Assembly (NCBI GenBank): GCA_000091205.1
Contig: AP006500.2
Strand: one strand, 5' to 3'
Length of the DNA stretch: 64,000 nt
Source: Cyanidioschyzon merolae
Lineage: Eukaryota
Part shown: positions 13,208 to 23,837 of the stretch, piece by piece
Layout: each line of letters opens with the position of its first letter
Numbering within the stretch: position 1 is the stretch's first letter
Notes under the pieces: model-generated
What the model saw: only the letters and a program-made list of their open reading frames with translations
Told to the model about the DNA's origin: nothing
Database searches by the model: none
Made by a program: the position numbers and the translations under genes

Positions 13208-13918
13208 GCAGCGTTGACAGTAGCTGCCAGACGCTGCACCAGAGGACACCTGGTTCCACAACCAGGAGCAACTCAGTCAGGGCCCAAGACCCTGTACGGG
13301 TACCGGAACAGCGTACTACACAGCGCTCGTAGCGTTGTGGAAATCCGTAGTGACACAGCGGCAGCAGCAGTACTGATAGTTCACCAGGTGTCGAGGTACG
13401 TTCCGTAGAGGGCTCGTCTGTACCTGGGGGCTCCACCGCCGCACCGTTTCCCGAGCCAGTCAGTCGAGTCACTCTCGGCGAAAGCGCACAAATCGTGCGA
13501 TTCTACCAGCAAGAACGCGTGTCGTAGCAGGCAACCCTACGACACCAGTCACTGTTCAGGCTGGTCCAACGCTCGAGCGCCAACACCTCCTCGATTAGCC
13601 TTTCACGCTCCGCTCCGCTACGACAAGACAAGCTACGCGCTCACAAGTCGGGAACCGTTGACCCGTAGGTATCGTGACTCGTGTCCCAAGGCAGTCCCTC
13701 ACTGAACCGAAACTGATCAGGCTACTCCCTGTCAGTGTTCTTGTTTTACGTCTGAGAAGCACTGTGACTTTTTCGCCTGTAACGCAGTCCCCGCGGTACC
13801 GGTACCGGGGCTTCGCTGCAGCGGCCGATGCTCCCCTGCCCGGTTACGACGCTGAACGCTAAACGCTTCATGCACAAGGCTACCATCGTTACTTTCGAGC
13901 CCTAACAAGTATTTCGGG

Positions 13919-14875
13919 GTGTATTCTCTGCAAGACGAGAGTCACTGCGTAACCGACATCGATGCGATGAACGGCAGTTACGCTCTGGAAGCGCTTGACA
14001 GTGAGCGTCGTTGGATGAAGCGTTCGGAACTGGTGGACTGCAGCCTGGCGGTGCTTGTCGGATGGGTGCTCCCCCTTGTCCTCGATCGATACATACCGCC
14101 TCGGGTCACTGCAGTAGCGTTGGAAGATCCCAGCGTTCAACTTCCGAAACGGGCAGAGCTGGTCCCGGCGCCGCTGCTGCTCCTTTTTGCCTACGTGGCT
14201 CCAGTGGGGATGCTTTGGTGGCAGCAGCAGCAGCAGCAGCAGCGGCTGCGCGAGTCGTTTGGAAACGGCTTCAGATCGAAGGGCGGCACCTTGCTGGATC
14301 TTTTAACGGGCGTTATCGAGGCCAATGGCCTGACACTGCTCGCTACCGTCGTACTGAAGCTGCTGATCGGAAAACCGCGTCCCTACTTTGCACAAGTCTG
14401 TGGGCAGTACCTGGACCCCGTCCTGCGTCACGAGTGTGCCGGTGACCCGTGGCAGGTACGTGAAGCGCGCAAGTCGTTCCCGTCTGGACATGCCGCTTTA
14501 GCTTTCAGTGGTGTCATGCACTGGCAGTGCTGCATCTGGTATCTCGGCATACCGCTGCCCTGGTTCGAGGCATTGCCCAGCGTAACCATGGTTCATTTGC
14601 TTTTACGCTTGCTGCCGTGGACCGGGGCGACCCTGGTTGCGGCCTCACGCGTTCTCGATCATCACCATGACGTGGTTGACGTGCTAGGAGGAGCAGTGCT
14701 GGGTTGTGCATTGTCGCACTTGGTGACCATGAACCGGTTCCTCCGACTCGAGGGACGCGTACCTGGACATCAGAGTACCGCGTCGACGGTTGGTGCACGA
14801 AGGACTGCATCCGCATCGGAGATGGAAGCGATACAGGTTTCCGAGACGACGTCCATTCCTGACGCTGTCGTCTAG
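13919..14875 (+). CDS. lipid phosphate phosphatase, PAP2 family
   Basis: 318-aa ORF with the three PAP2 motifs: 'KLLIGKPRPYF' (KxxxxxxRP), 'SFPSGHA' (PSGH), 'SRVLDHHHDVVDV' (SRxxxxxHxxxD); several TM-like hydrophobic segments; TAG stop. Confidence 0.75.
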   Translation: MYSLQDESHCVTDIDAMNGSYALEALDSERRWMKRSELVDCSLAVLVGWVLPLVLDRYIPPRVTAVALEDPSVQLPKRAELVPAPLLLLFAYVAPVGMLWWQQQQQQQRLRESFGNGFRSKGGTLLDLLTGVIEANGLTLLATVVLKLLIGKPRPYFAQVCGQYLDPVLRHECAGDPWQVREARKSFPSGHAALAFSGVMHWQCCIWYLGIPLPWFEALPSVTMVHLLLRLLPWTGATLVAASRVLDHHHDVVDVLGGAVLGCALSHLVTMNRFLRLEGRVPGHQSTASTVGARRTASASEMEAIQVSETTSIPDAVV

Positions 14876-15383
14876 GGCAGCAGGCCTGTAACCAACCGGT
14901 GTTTACCCACGATACGTTGCTCTGGGTTCGTCTGGGAGCACGGTGTGGTGAATTCGAGTCGGCGGCTTGCATGTTTCATGCTAAAGAACATTGAGCTGTG
15001 GAATAATTGTCCATGACTATCAATTGTGGATACGGAGAATCTATGAGGCATCCACACTACTGATCAATCTATGCATTGATCCGTCTCCACCGCTCTACCT
15101 GTCTATCGATGGATCGCTTCGGGGCAAGCGCCAAGGCGAAGTGCATCGCCTGGAGCGCCGACGGACGCATTGGTAGAACACCAAAACGCATCTAGACTGC
15201 TCATCAGTGATAGAGGAGAAGGCGTGGAGCCCAGTGCTCGTCGAACATGCAATGCTGCCGCACACCAGTGCGTTCACGATAACCCTGCCTCCTCTGGTGC
15301 GCTTCTTCCATAGGCAGCGCCGCGCCTTTGCATACGTTGTGCACAAGGCGTGCTCGATAGCCTCGCTCGACACCGATGCCCAT

Positions 15384-15423
15384 CATTCATTCATTCATTC
15401 ATTCATTCGTTCGTTCGTTCATC
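15384..15423. repeat. (CATT)6(CGTT)3 microsatellite
   Basis: direct reading. Confidence 0.9.
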
Positions 15424-15810
15424 CAGCATGATCTTTGTACATCATCATGCTGGAGATCGGTTTTTCCGTTGGCAACGATTACGGCCTGGCTGCACTCTAC
15501 CGCGTTACAGCAGTTCAAGCGGACCTGCAACGCGTGTATCGAGAGAAACGGGGCCAGTGGCCCTCTGCATACACTGTATCGACCTTGTCGATGTCGATGC
15601 CGCCACCCGCACGGTATCTTTGCGGCTGTATGGCGCCCACAGGTAGCCAAGCAGGGCGTCGCTGCGTCGCAGAGCCTTGCTCCCACGCGACTGCAAAGCA
15701 AAAGCATGTGTATGAATGTGTGTCTGTGTCCAGAGATGTTTTACGAATGCGTACGACCAGCATGATGTGTCCCGCTGCTTCCGCTCATACGGCATGCGCG
15801 TTTCAGAGCG

Positions 15811-18612
15811 TTATCGATCGTAGCCGTGCACCTGTGCCGCCACCGCATCCAACAGCAGAGAACGCATGCGCTCCTGGTGCTGTCGCAGCGTCGACACTGC
15901 CGCCCGCACCGTCTGAAAGCCGAAACGAGCAACCGCATGACAAAGCACTGCCTGCATGGTCTCTGGAAGCAAGCGCTCCGTTCTCGTCGTCAATGTACTC
16001 TTACCGGAATCATCGGTATGCTCAACCAAGTATTGCCAGATGTGATCCAGGGCTTGCACAACGGCAGGCGCCTCGCCGTGCTCTGTCTGCAAGGCCGCCA
16101 AACGAAACCAGACGGTAAGCGTTGGCGTCTGAGCCCGCTCTGCAACACCGAGGCAGATACGGTAGGCGCGCTCTGCCATCTCTGGTCGACCGAGTCGCTC
16201 GGCCAGTTCACCACGTCGAAGCCAATCCACTGGTGCACGTCGTGTTTCGGTAATCAACAATGATTCAGAGACCAGCGCTGGAGATGCAGCACGCTCGGCA
16301 TTCTCCGCAGCCGTCGTTTCGTTCGAATGCAGAGACTCATAGAGCGTGGATTCTTCGTGTTGCCAAATCGACCAGGCTCTCAGGTCCTCATACAAGCAAT
16401 GAATCAGCATATCCAACCACGCCGTGCAGAGCGCTTTGCTGAGCGCAGCAGGGTGCACCTGACGCCGCGCGTCCGCCAGTGTCAGGGTTGCTTTGGGTTC
16501 GCCTTGTTGGTGGCCGTCCAGGTCGCTTTGGGTAGCGCCAAGCGGTCCAGTGCCCGTGCTGTGTACTTGTGTTTCGGTTGCTGGTTCGCGTCTTGAAGAC
16601 AACGAGATCGTCTGCAGGGACGGCTCTTCAGCGTTGTCCGTACTTGAGTGCTGCGGAGGGGATTCGTGTGGCGGTGCGGGGCGAGCCTCGGCAGATGCCG
16701 TCGACAACTCGAGAGCTCCAGTACCAGCCGACTCCAAAGGCAATACATCCGACTCCATGATAAAGACTCGATTGCGAATGAGAAGGAACTCATCCCAACC
16801 GATTTGGTTGACGATCTTCACCAGGATATCGAATGCTTCCCGCTCCTCCGGGCTGAGTACACTCGCTGTGAGATCACCCAGCAGGCGATCGGCGTGGTGT
16901 TGCTCACGACCCTTGCCAAAGGCGCCTGCTCCTATACGTTCCTCCGAGAGGCGACGCGCCAGTACTCGAACACCGTCGGTTCCGGCTGCAAAGCCCGGAC
17001 GAGGCTGTGTCAACTGCCGCATCTTGCTTGTTTTCCCCTCAATCCCAGGGCTTGAATCGGGTGCTGTCACCTGCCTCAGAAACCAGTCCATCTGCGGCGG
17101 TTCCACATCTGCTATATTCAACGAGCGGAGCGCGGACTCATACTCCCCAGTTTGTACATAGAGGCGCGCGAGCAGGAAACAGGCGAGACGTCCAAGTTCA
17201 CCTGGTGCAGCGATCCGAACGTTGGCGCTCTCTTCGTCGCTTGCTTCGACGGCATCAGTCGTATTCAGGTGCTTGGTGCGTTCCTCTTGAGCAGCTGCTC
17301 CAGTAGCCGATGATTCTGGAGACGTGTGCGTACCGAAGCACTCCGGAATCACCGTACCCTGGATGCGATCCGTAGCTTCGATCAGGTTGCCAAGCTCGAG
17401 CTCACATTCCGCGAGCGTCAGTTCGAGCAGCAGTCGATCGATACCAGGAAGTTCGGCGCAAGCTGCCTGATCCAAAAGCAGCTCTTCCAGCTTTTTCTGA
17501 GCAATCTGATGTTGGCGCTGGCCCATCAACGATCGAGCGACGTAGAGCACGAGTGCCGGCTCGTGGCATGACGTCGCGAGCGTCTGGAAGAAATCCTGAG
17601 CGGCCTGATAACGAGCGTAACGTGCGAAATACTCCCAAACGCCCTCAGCGATGATAGAGCAGGTCGCCGTCGCCTGGGCAGCGTCAACAAAGCGAGAGCC
17701 TGCCAGCTTCCATTGTGGCAAAGTACGCGCCGCAGCGTCGAGGAAGAGTTGTTCCGCGTTCCACGCTACATCCAACGTAGCAACAACTTTGAGAGCTGGA
17801 TAGAGGGGATGCTCACCAGTTGCTTTCACAGAGCGGAGAACAGCACTGACGAAGAGCTGTGCCCATTGGTTCTCGTCATCTTGAGTGTCGGCGACTTGTC
17901 GCGTAGCAGGTTGCCCATTCTCGTTTGCAACGCTTTGGTGGAACGGCTCCGGACCTCTCAGTCGTTTAACCTGCGTACACCCAGGAAAGCGTGCCTCGAC
18001 AACGGTATCTTCGTTGGTGAAACAGTTGTAAGCCAGGCAGGCAGCTCGATCGATCCGATAGCTTCCAGTAGCGTACCACGAGGCGCCCTCGAGACCGTGC
18101 TTCACGAGGGAGCCCAGATAGCTCGCTGCGTCCGCAGGTGTTCGATGCCATATCCCGCGAACGAAGTGAAACCAAGCAGCCAGCTGTGCTCCACGACTTT
18201 TGAGATCTCCGGACGTTACCTCCATGGCTAGGGAGTCTGGGGTGCTCGTTGCCGGCACTTCGGCACCGGCACCGCTAGAAATGTTCACTTTGGTGCTGTT
18301 TGCACGCCCGTCGCTTCCGCTCGCAAGCACAGTCCTCCAGCTTTTGTAAACGACACATAGATCAGGTGGCCCCAGCGTACGCCGGAAAGTCGGTAAGAGT
18401 ACCTGACGTACGCGTATCGAGCGCGCTACCCAGAGGTCTTCGTTCAACGTCGACGCGGCGTCATGTGTTGCAGTTCCTGTGTTTGCGTCAACGCCTGCCA
18501 GCACCGCTTCGTGCACACCAACAAACGGATCCGACACTTCAACGGTACCACGAATGGTTTCCGTCGTCATCAAGGTCCGGACTGACGTATAACCGCTGTA
18601 CACGAACACCAA
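15811..18612 (-). CDS. hypothetical TPR-like helical-repeat protein
   Basis: 933-aa ORF; repeated Ala/Leu-rich helical pairs (e.g. 'LGRLACFLLARLYVQTGEYESALRSLNIA', 'AERLGRPEMAERAYRICLGVAERAQ'); no specific family recognised. Confidence 0.35.
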   Translation of the reverse strand: MVFVYSGYTSVRTLMTTETIRGTVEVSDPFVGVHEAVLAGVDANTGTATHDAASTLNEDLWVARSIRVRQVLLPTFRRTLGPPDLCVVYKSWRTVLASGSDGRANSTKVNISSGAGAEVPATSTPDSLAMEVTSGDLKSRGAQLAAWFHFVRGIWHRTPADAASYLGSLVKHGLEGASWYATGSYRIDRAACLAYNCFTNEDTVVEARFPGCTQVKRLRGPEPFHQSVANENGQPATRQVADTQDDENQWAQLFVSAVLRSVKATGEHPLYPALKVVATLDVAWNAEQLFLDAAARTLPQWKLAGSRFVDAAQATATCSIIAEGVWEYFARYARYQAAQDFFQTLATSCHEPALVLYVARSLMGQRQHQIAQKKLEELLLDQAACAELPGIDRLLLELTLAECELELGNLIEATDRIQGTVIPECFGTHTSPESSATGAAAQEERTKHLNTTDAVEASDEESANVRIAAPGELGRLACFLLARLYVQTGEYESALRSLNIADVEPPQMDWFLRQVTAPDSSPGIEGKTSKMRQLTQPRPGFAAGTDGVRVLARRLSEERIGAGAFGKGREQHHADRLLGDLTASVLSPEEREAFDILVKIVNQIGWDEFLLIRNRVFIMESDVLPLESAGTGALELSTASAEARPAPPHESPPQHSSTDNAEEPSLQTISLSSRREPATETQVHSTGTGPLGATQSDLDGHQQGEPKATLTLADARRQVHPAALSKALCTAWLDMLIHCLYEDLRAWSIWQHEESTLYESLHSNETTAAENAERAASPALVSESLLITETRRAPVDWLRRGELAERLGRPEMAERAYRICLGVAERAQTPTLTVWFRLAALQTEHGEAPAVVQALDHIWQYLVEHTDDSGKSTLTTRTERLLPETMQAVLCHAVARFGFQTVRAAVSTLRQHQERMRSLLLDAVAAQVHGYDR

Positions 18613-20365
18613 TACCGAGCAGTTAGGCCCGTACCAAGCCGCGTGGTATGCCGAGTCACGAGCACAGCTGCTATTGCGCTCGTCTACGACGACATCGTCT
18701 ACATCCTGTGGATGCTACTCAGAACTGGTGCATCGTTCGTGCGTTCGTTCTATGTCGATTTTCGACTAGATGGGAATGGGTTCCCAAACCAAACACGAGG
18801 CTACACACGAAAGTTCGCGTCTCTTCCCAGTGTCATGAGCGTTGGAATCTGCAGCCTGTTTTTGCTTGTGCGACTGCTTCCGTTTCCTGTGTCTCTGATT
18901 TCCGCCTTGAACGACGCCTGCCTCTTCTGTGCTTCGAGATCGGTGATCAGCAGTCATTGGATATTGATGATGGCGTTCAAATCCCGATATCGGTGCTTTG
19001 GATTGTTGCCGACGCATTTCATGCACAAGCGGTCGATACGAAATGCGCTTGGCTTGCCACTTTCATCCGCTTGGTAGACCGTCCTGTACGCCAGTTGCAA
19101 CGGTGACACTTGGTTGTGTTCTGGGATACCTGTATGCCAACTGCAGCTTCGCTTAGTGAGGTCGCCCTATGGCTTGTGTGAACGTTCGCATCATCGCCGG
19201 TCACATGTCCTTGACGAGCTCCGAGGGATGCCTCTGACGTTCGCATCAGACTCCGCACTCGGTATCGTGTCCTGGGATCAGCGGCTTCTTCTTCGTGGTC
19301 TTGTCTGCGAGTTTACGTTATAGAGCGCCCGCCGGTGCACGATGTTCCAATCGATCGAGGATTTGTGGAAGGCGCGTTGTTGTCCCTGATGAAACAGGAA
19401 TCAAAAAGGAAAATTCCAGGATGGAGAAGTGGAGAGCGTCTGATCCATCTGCGATTCCTTCAAGCAAGGCGGTGACAGTCGCTCCACTTGTCGAGATCGC
19501 TACGATGACTCGAATCCGAATCCAACACCATTATCCATGCAAACGGAAGCACCGGGAGTCTCTGGAAGCATATCCAGATAGAGGACTCATGCAGACGCGG
19601 AATGCCGTCGCCTCCATGACCGCAAAGAGAGCAGTTTTTGTGTTTGGAATGGCATGTTTTACTTGACAGTTTCTTTGAACATTGTGTAGGAGCTTGCGCG
19701 AGAATCACCAACGCACGACCTAGCGTACTTCTCCTTGTCGATCCAGAGGCGCTCATCGTTGCACCATTCGCTTACGTTGATGCACAAAAATCTAAAACTT
19801 GGAGAATGCCAGATTTTGAAGCATGCTGCACGCAAGGCAAGCAGAAGAAAAGAGACCTGCAGGTACGCATTGGATAAGGACATGGGAGAGGCTACGAGCC
19901 CGTGTTCAAGAGCGTCGCGATTGATCCTGACTCCATCGATCGAACATGTTGCAGCGGCAGAGCGTCTAAGGAACGCCCTGGAAAGGACGACTGAGAATTC
20001 TTGTAACCCACGTATGAATCCAAAATTGATTGTGACTGCAAACAGATGTTCAATGCTCAGTCTCGAAAAAAGTTCGGAAAAAAACCGAAACGCACGAACG
20101 AATCGATCAGGTTCGAATACCACGTTCATTGGACTAGGGCGTCGCAGGGACGTTCGCTCGACAAGCGCCTCACCGCCACTGCAACTGGTAGCTAGCTAGG
20201 TATTCCTTCGAGATCAAAGGCGGAATCGCTTATCATTGTGTGGACGGAAACAACTGAGCACGCCACGGGAGACTTCTGGTACGGAATCTGGGAACTCGCT
20301 CAGCGCTTCGTTTCGGGGAAGCGAGCAAGGCACGACCCCAGCCTCCTGCTCGCTGCAGCGAAGTC

Positions 20366-22153
20366 GTGTGCCCAGGATCGTATCACGCTACGACTCGCTC
20401 TGTAAATTTCCTGCATCGAAACAGTGCGTCGTTTCAAGCGGTTCACAGGACGCTGTCAGTCACCAGAATGGAGAGCGCCAACCAGCGACCAGCAGGGGAC
20501 GTAGCAACAGATGCAACGGCAACCCGTACACCGCTGTCGTCGAACCTGTCTGCGGAAACCGCGTCTCCGGGTACGGCACCAGCAGCGCTGCACCCGGAGA
20601 CTGCTGGACCAGAGTCCGCTGTTTCGGCTTCAGAAGCCCTGGACAACTGGCGCAGACGAGTATGCAAAGCACTACACAAACTTACGACAGCGGAGTCGAT
20701 CTCCTCCATAACCTCTGGGCTTCAGGTGCATAGAGGAAAGCTTGCAGCCCTCGCAGACCTACTCGAGGAGCTCCACTTCATCGAGTGCTGGGTACACGAG
20801 CTCGCCCTTCGTCGCGAAGCCGCACGCCTCGCATCCGACTGTGCTTCACCGGAGCAGTCAGCAACCCGCGAAGAACCGCTCGTTATTCCCGATATTCCAG
20901 CGTGTTTTGCCGACTCCCTCCTGAACTGGCAGGGCATATTCACGGAAACTTGCAAGCCATCACCGCTCGACATAGCCCTGTATACCTGGCGAACATGTTT
21001 CGGAGTTCTTCTGGCGGCTGCGATCCAGCATGCAGTCGCTATCGATGGCCACGCGCTGGTCCTCGATTACCTAACCTCCTTCCTGACCCGCACTGGCTAC
21101 TTTCAACAGAGCGTCTGCAGCGCATGCCTGGCGAAACAGGCCACCACAACGCACCACCGGATACACGGCTGGCAACCGCTACTCGATATGGTACCAAACG
21201 CGCTCAATCTCTGGGAGACGACGCAGCTCGTTCAGCTTCTGCTTTGTATCATGCGAGGGTTCCTTTCCCTGTTAGCCATCGAGTGCGCCGTAGCGACACT
21301 GCAGCTTTGCGAGCAAATTCTCAAGCGACTGCAGTTGCTGGCCGGAGAAACCGGTATACGCGCACCCGACACCGCCGACACCGCCCCGCGTGCGGAGATT
21401 TTCCAGGTACCCGACGAAACACCAGAGTCGATGATCCAGAGTCAAGAGCGTCCACGCGAAACGCTGCCCATTCCAGTGGCTCCCGAAATGCCGTCCAGTG
21501 CGTCCACGGGGGAAGCGCTGCCAGAGCGCACGTCGTTCGAAGCTGTCCCTGCAATGACCTCCGATATCGTCCAGGGGCAAAGTCGAATAGCGCAACCCGC
21601 TCTGGAAATGACCGTGCAAGCGTTGCGGGCATTGCTGTTGTTTCATCGCGGCCTTCTGGACGGTATGCGCGGTGCCCACGAGGACAGCATTGATGCCTTC
21701 GATGCGGCAGTGATTCTGTGTGAATCGCTCGATCATGGCGACTGGGCGTTAACCCCAGAATCCGAAGCGATGCTGCCGTCGGCAGCGGTGCCCAGCGGCC
21801 TATTCCGTACTGCACCTATTCGGGACTGGGTTCGAGTTGCCTACAACAACAGCGCCCTCTGCAGTGTGCAAGTGGAAGATCTTGCGGATGCTCTGGAGAA
21901 ACTTGATCAGGCGAAGCGTTTCTCGGTTTCAGCAGCGACGGCATGGCTATCGGATCCGTGTTCGTTAGGACGCAACGAGGACGTGGAGCGCTCTGCGGAG
22001 ATGCCGCTGCATTCCGAGGAGCACTGTGTGCATGCCCATTACGCCTGGGTTGCGGAGCGTGTGCCGTGGGAGCTGCAGCCTACCGACCATAGTGCGGCCC
22101 TAGAATGGTCCTCGGTTATCCAGCAATTCGAGGATACGAGTCTCAGACGCTGA
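20366..22153 (+). CDS. hypothetical protein
   Basis: 595-aa ORF, no recognisable motif; long uninterrupted frame in an otherwise ORF-poor interval. Confidence 0.35.
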   Translation: MCPGSYHATTRSVNFLHRNSASFQAVHRTLSVTRMESANQRPAGDVATDATATRTPLSSNLSAETASPGTAPAALHPETAGPESAVSASEALDNWRRRVCKALHKLTTAESISSITSGLQVHRGKLAALADLLEELHFIECWVHELALRREAARLASDCASPEQSATREEPLVIPDIPACFADSLLNWQGIFTETCKPSPLDIALYTWRTCFGVLLAAAIQHAVAIDGHALVLDYLTSFLTRTGYFQQSVCSACLAKQATTTHHRIHGWQPLLDMVPNALNLWETTQLVQLLLCIMRGFLSLLAIECAVATLQLCEQILKRLQLLAGETGIRAPDTADTAPRAEIFQVPDETPESMIQSQERPRETLPIPVAPEMPSSASTGEALPERTSFEAVPAMTSDIVQGQSRIAQPALEMTVQALRALLLFHRGLLDGMRGAHEDSIDAFDAAVILCESLDHGDWALTPESEAMLPSAAVPSGLFRTAPIRDWVRVAYNNSALCSVQVEDLADALEKLDQAKRFSVSAATAWLSDPCSLGRNEDVERSAEMPLHSEEHCVHAHYAWVAERVPWELQPTDHSAALEWSSVIQQFEDTSLRR

Positions 22154-23837
22154 CCTCATTCCCCAGGCCGTGACTCCATCTCTGAGACGTTCACCTCACT
22201 CGACGGGCATCAGAAGCATCCTGGTGCGCAGGGCACTTCATGTTGATGATTCCTATCGCTGTGCTTTAGGGGTCTGGATGCGCGACCGCTTCGCGAACCT
22301 GCACCGCTCGGTACCGTTTGAAATGATCACGACGTTCTGGTCAAGCAACGACGTGTGCAGCGGATCGCCAACGCTTTGGAAGAGCGAGCGAGCGAGCGAG
22401 CGAGCCAGCTACGTCCATATCGAAAGAGGGACTGGACTAGGTTCACGTGGCTGACTCTGGCGTGCACGCTCGAGTTTGGACCTATTGACATCGTTGTGAA
22501 CATCAGCATGTTTGCGACGCTTTTGTAACCGTGTCGTTTTCCCCACTCTTATATCCGACTGTGAAAACATTGGTCTGTCTTTTGACGCCAGATGTGTTGC
22601 CGTCAGTCGAAGGACGTTGATGGTCGCGTGCAAGTCCCGAATGCACCGCCATTGCCTCTTGTCGACGCTTTTTATGAACAGGCGCATGAGGAGATCTTCG
22701 CTTTGCTTGACGGTTTCATTCTGTTTGCAGACAGCCTCGGTGCACGCTTCGCAGCAGTGACACTTTGCTGCGGTCCGGTATTCGCAGGCGTCCACCTGAC
22801 CTGGTCTCTCGCCGGCCGTCATAGTTGGTGCGTAAAAGCTTGCCTCGTCGCTCGTTACGTGCCTGTGACGGGTACAGAGGGTGCCCCTTCGACGCTGTCG
22901 TCCGTTTTCCGCGCCCGTGGTGTACGCTTCGATCACCGGCTTCTTCTGGGCGATGCTCTCCGCGCGAGTACTCCGTCTGCCGCACACACGCGCACGCGTT
23001 TCCGTTCGTGAAAGGATTTGTGGAACGGAACCCGTCCGTGATGAAAGAAGAACTGGAAGCACAATCCATTCTGGAGAGCAGTCCCAAAAGTTCGAACTGT
23101 CTTCGCCACCTTGAAGCGATTGCCGTTATGACTCAAGCCCGAATGACTGCCAGACACGCTCCCATGCACACCCAAGAGCTGGGCACGTCTCGGAGCATAT
23201 CCCGTGATACGTTGCATGCTGGAGTCGAATGGCGTCTCGTCAAAGCGTAGATCCCGATGGAGACGAGTTTTACCACCAGAAGCGATTGTTTCGCAAGTTC
23301 ATTGAACTTTCCGCACGAACCTGTGAACAAGTCGTCGAGGGACAATGGCTCGTGCTTTCCATCGTGCATTGCGCGGCGAGTACTGATGCAACCACAAGTT
23401 TATTTCGAAAAAGAACGATAAAAAACTTGGAGAATGCCTGAAACAAGCGTGCTACCCGAATGGAAAGGACAAGTCTTAAACCCATTCCGAATGTATTCGA
23501 TATTCATAGATCGCATACCTTACGAAAGCTTCATTGAGAGCGTCGTAAATCATCCTGATTTCAATCGCATCACGATTTCCAGCTGCCGAGCATCTAAGCA
23601 GCCACTCCGGAAACAACTCTCAAGGAATCCGTAGAATTTGATTTTCAAATGCCGATTTTCGGCACTTTACAATTAGGAAAATACTTCGAAAACAGATATC
23701 GCAAGCCAGGACCATACCGAACACTTCACTACCCGGTTTCTTTCTCTGACACGGTTGTAGCCGCAATACTGAGGTTTCGAATATCGAGCGCATGCCTTAC
23801 TAACGTCCTCGCAGTTGCCTCCGTGCATCGATACCCA

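Noticed and set aside
16493-18231. + strand ORFs of 170-220 aa inside the TPR-like gene on the - strand
   Set aside because: Antisense artefacts without recognisable domains; the - strand ORF is 933 aa and continuous.
20090-20130. 'atcaggttcgaataccacg' resembles a tRNA T-loop (GGTTCGAAT)
   Set aside because: No acceptor stem, D-arm or anticodon arm can be built from the flanking AT-rich sequence; isolated motif.
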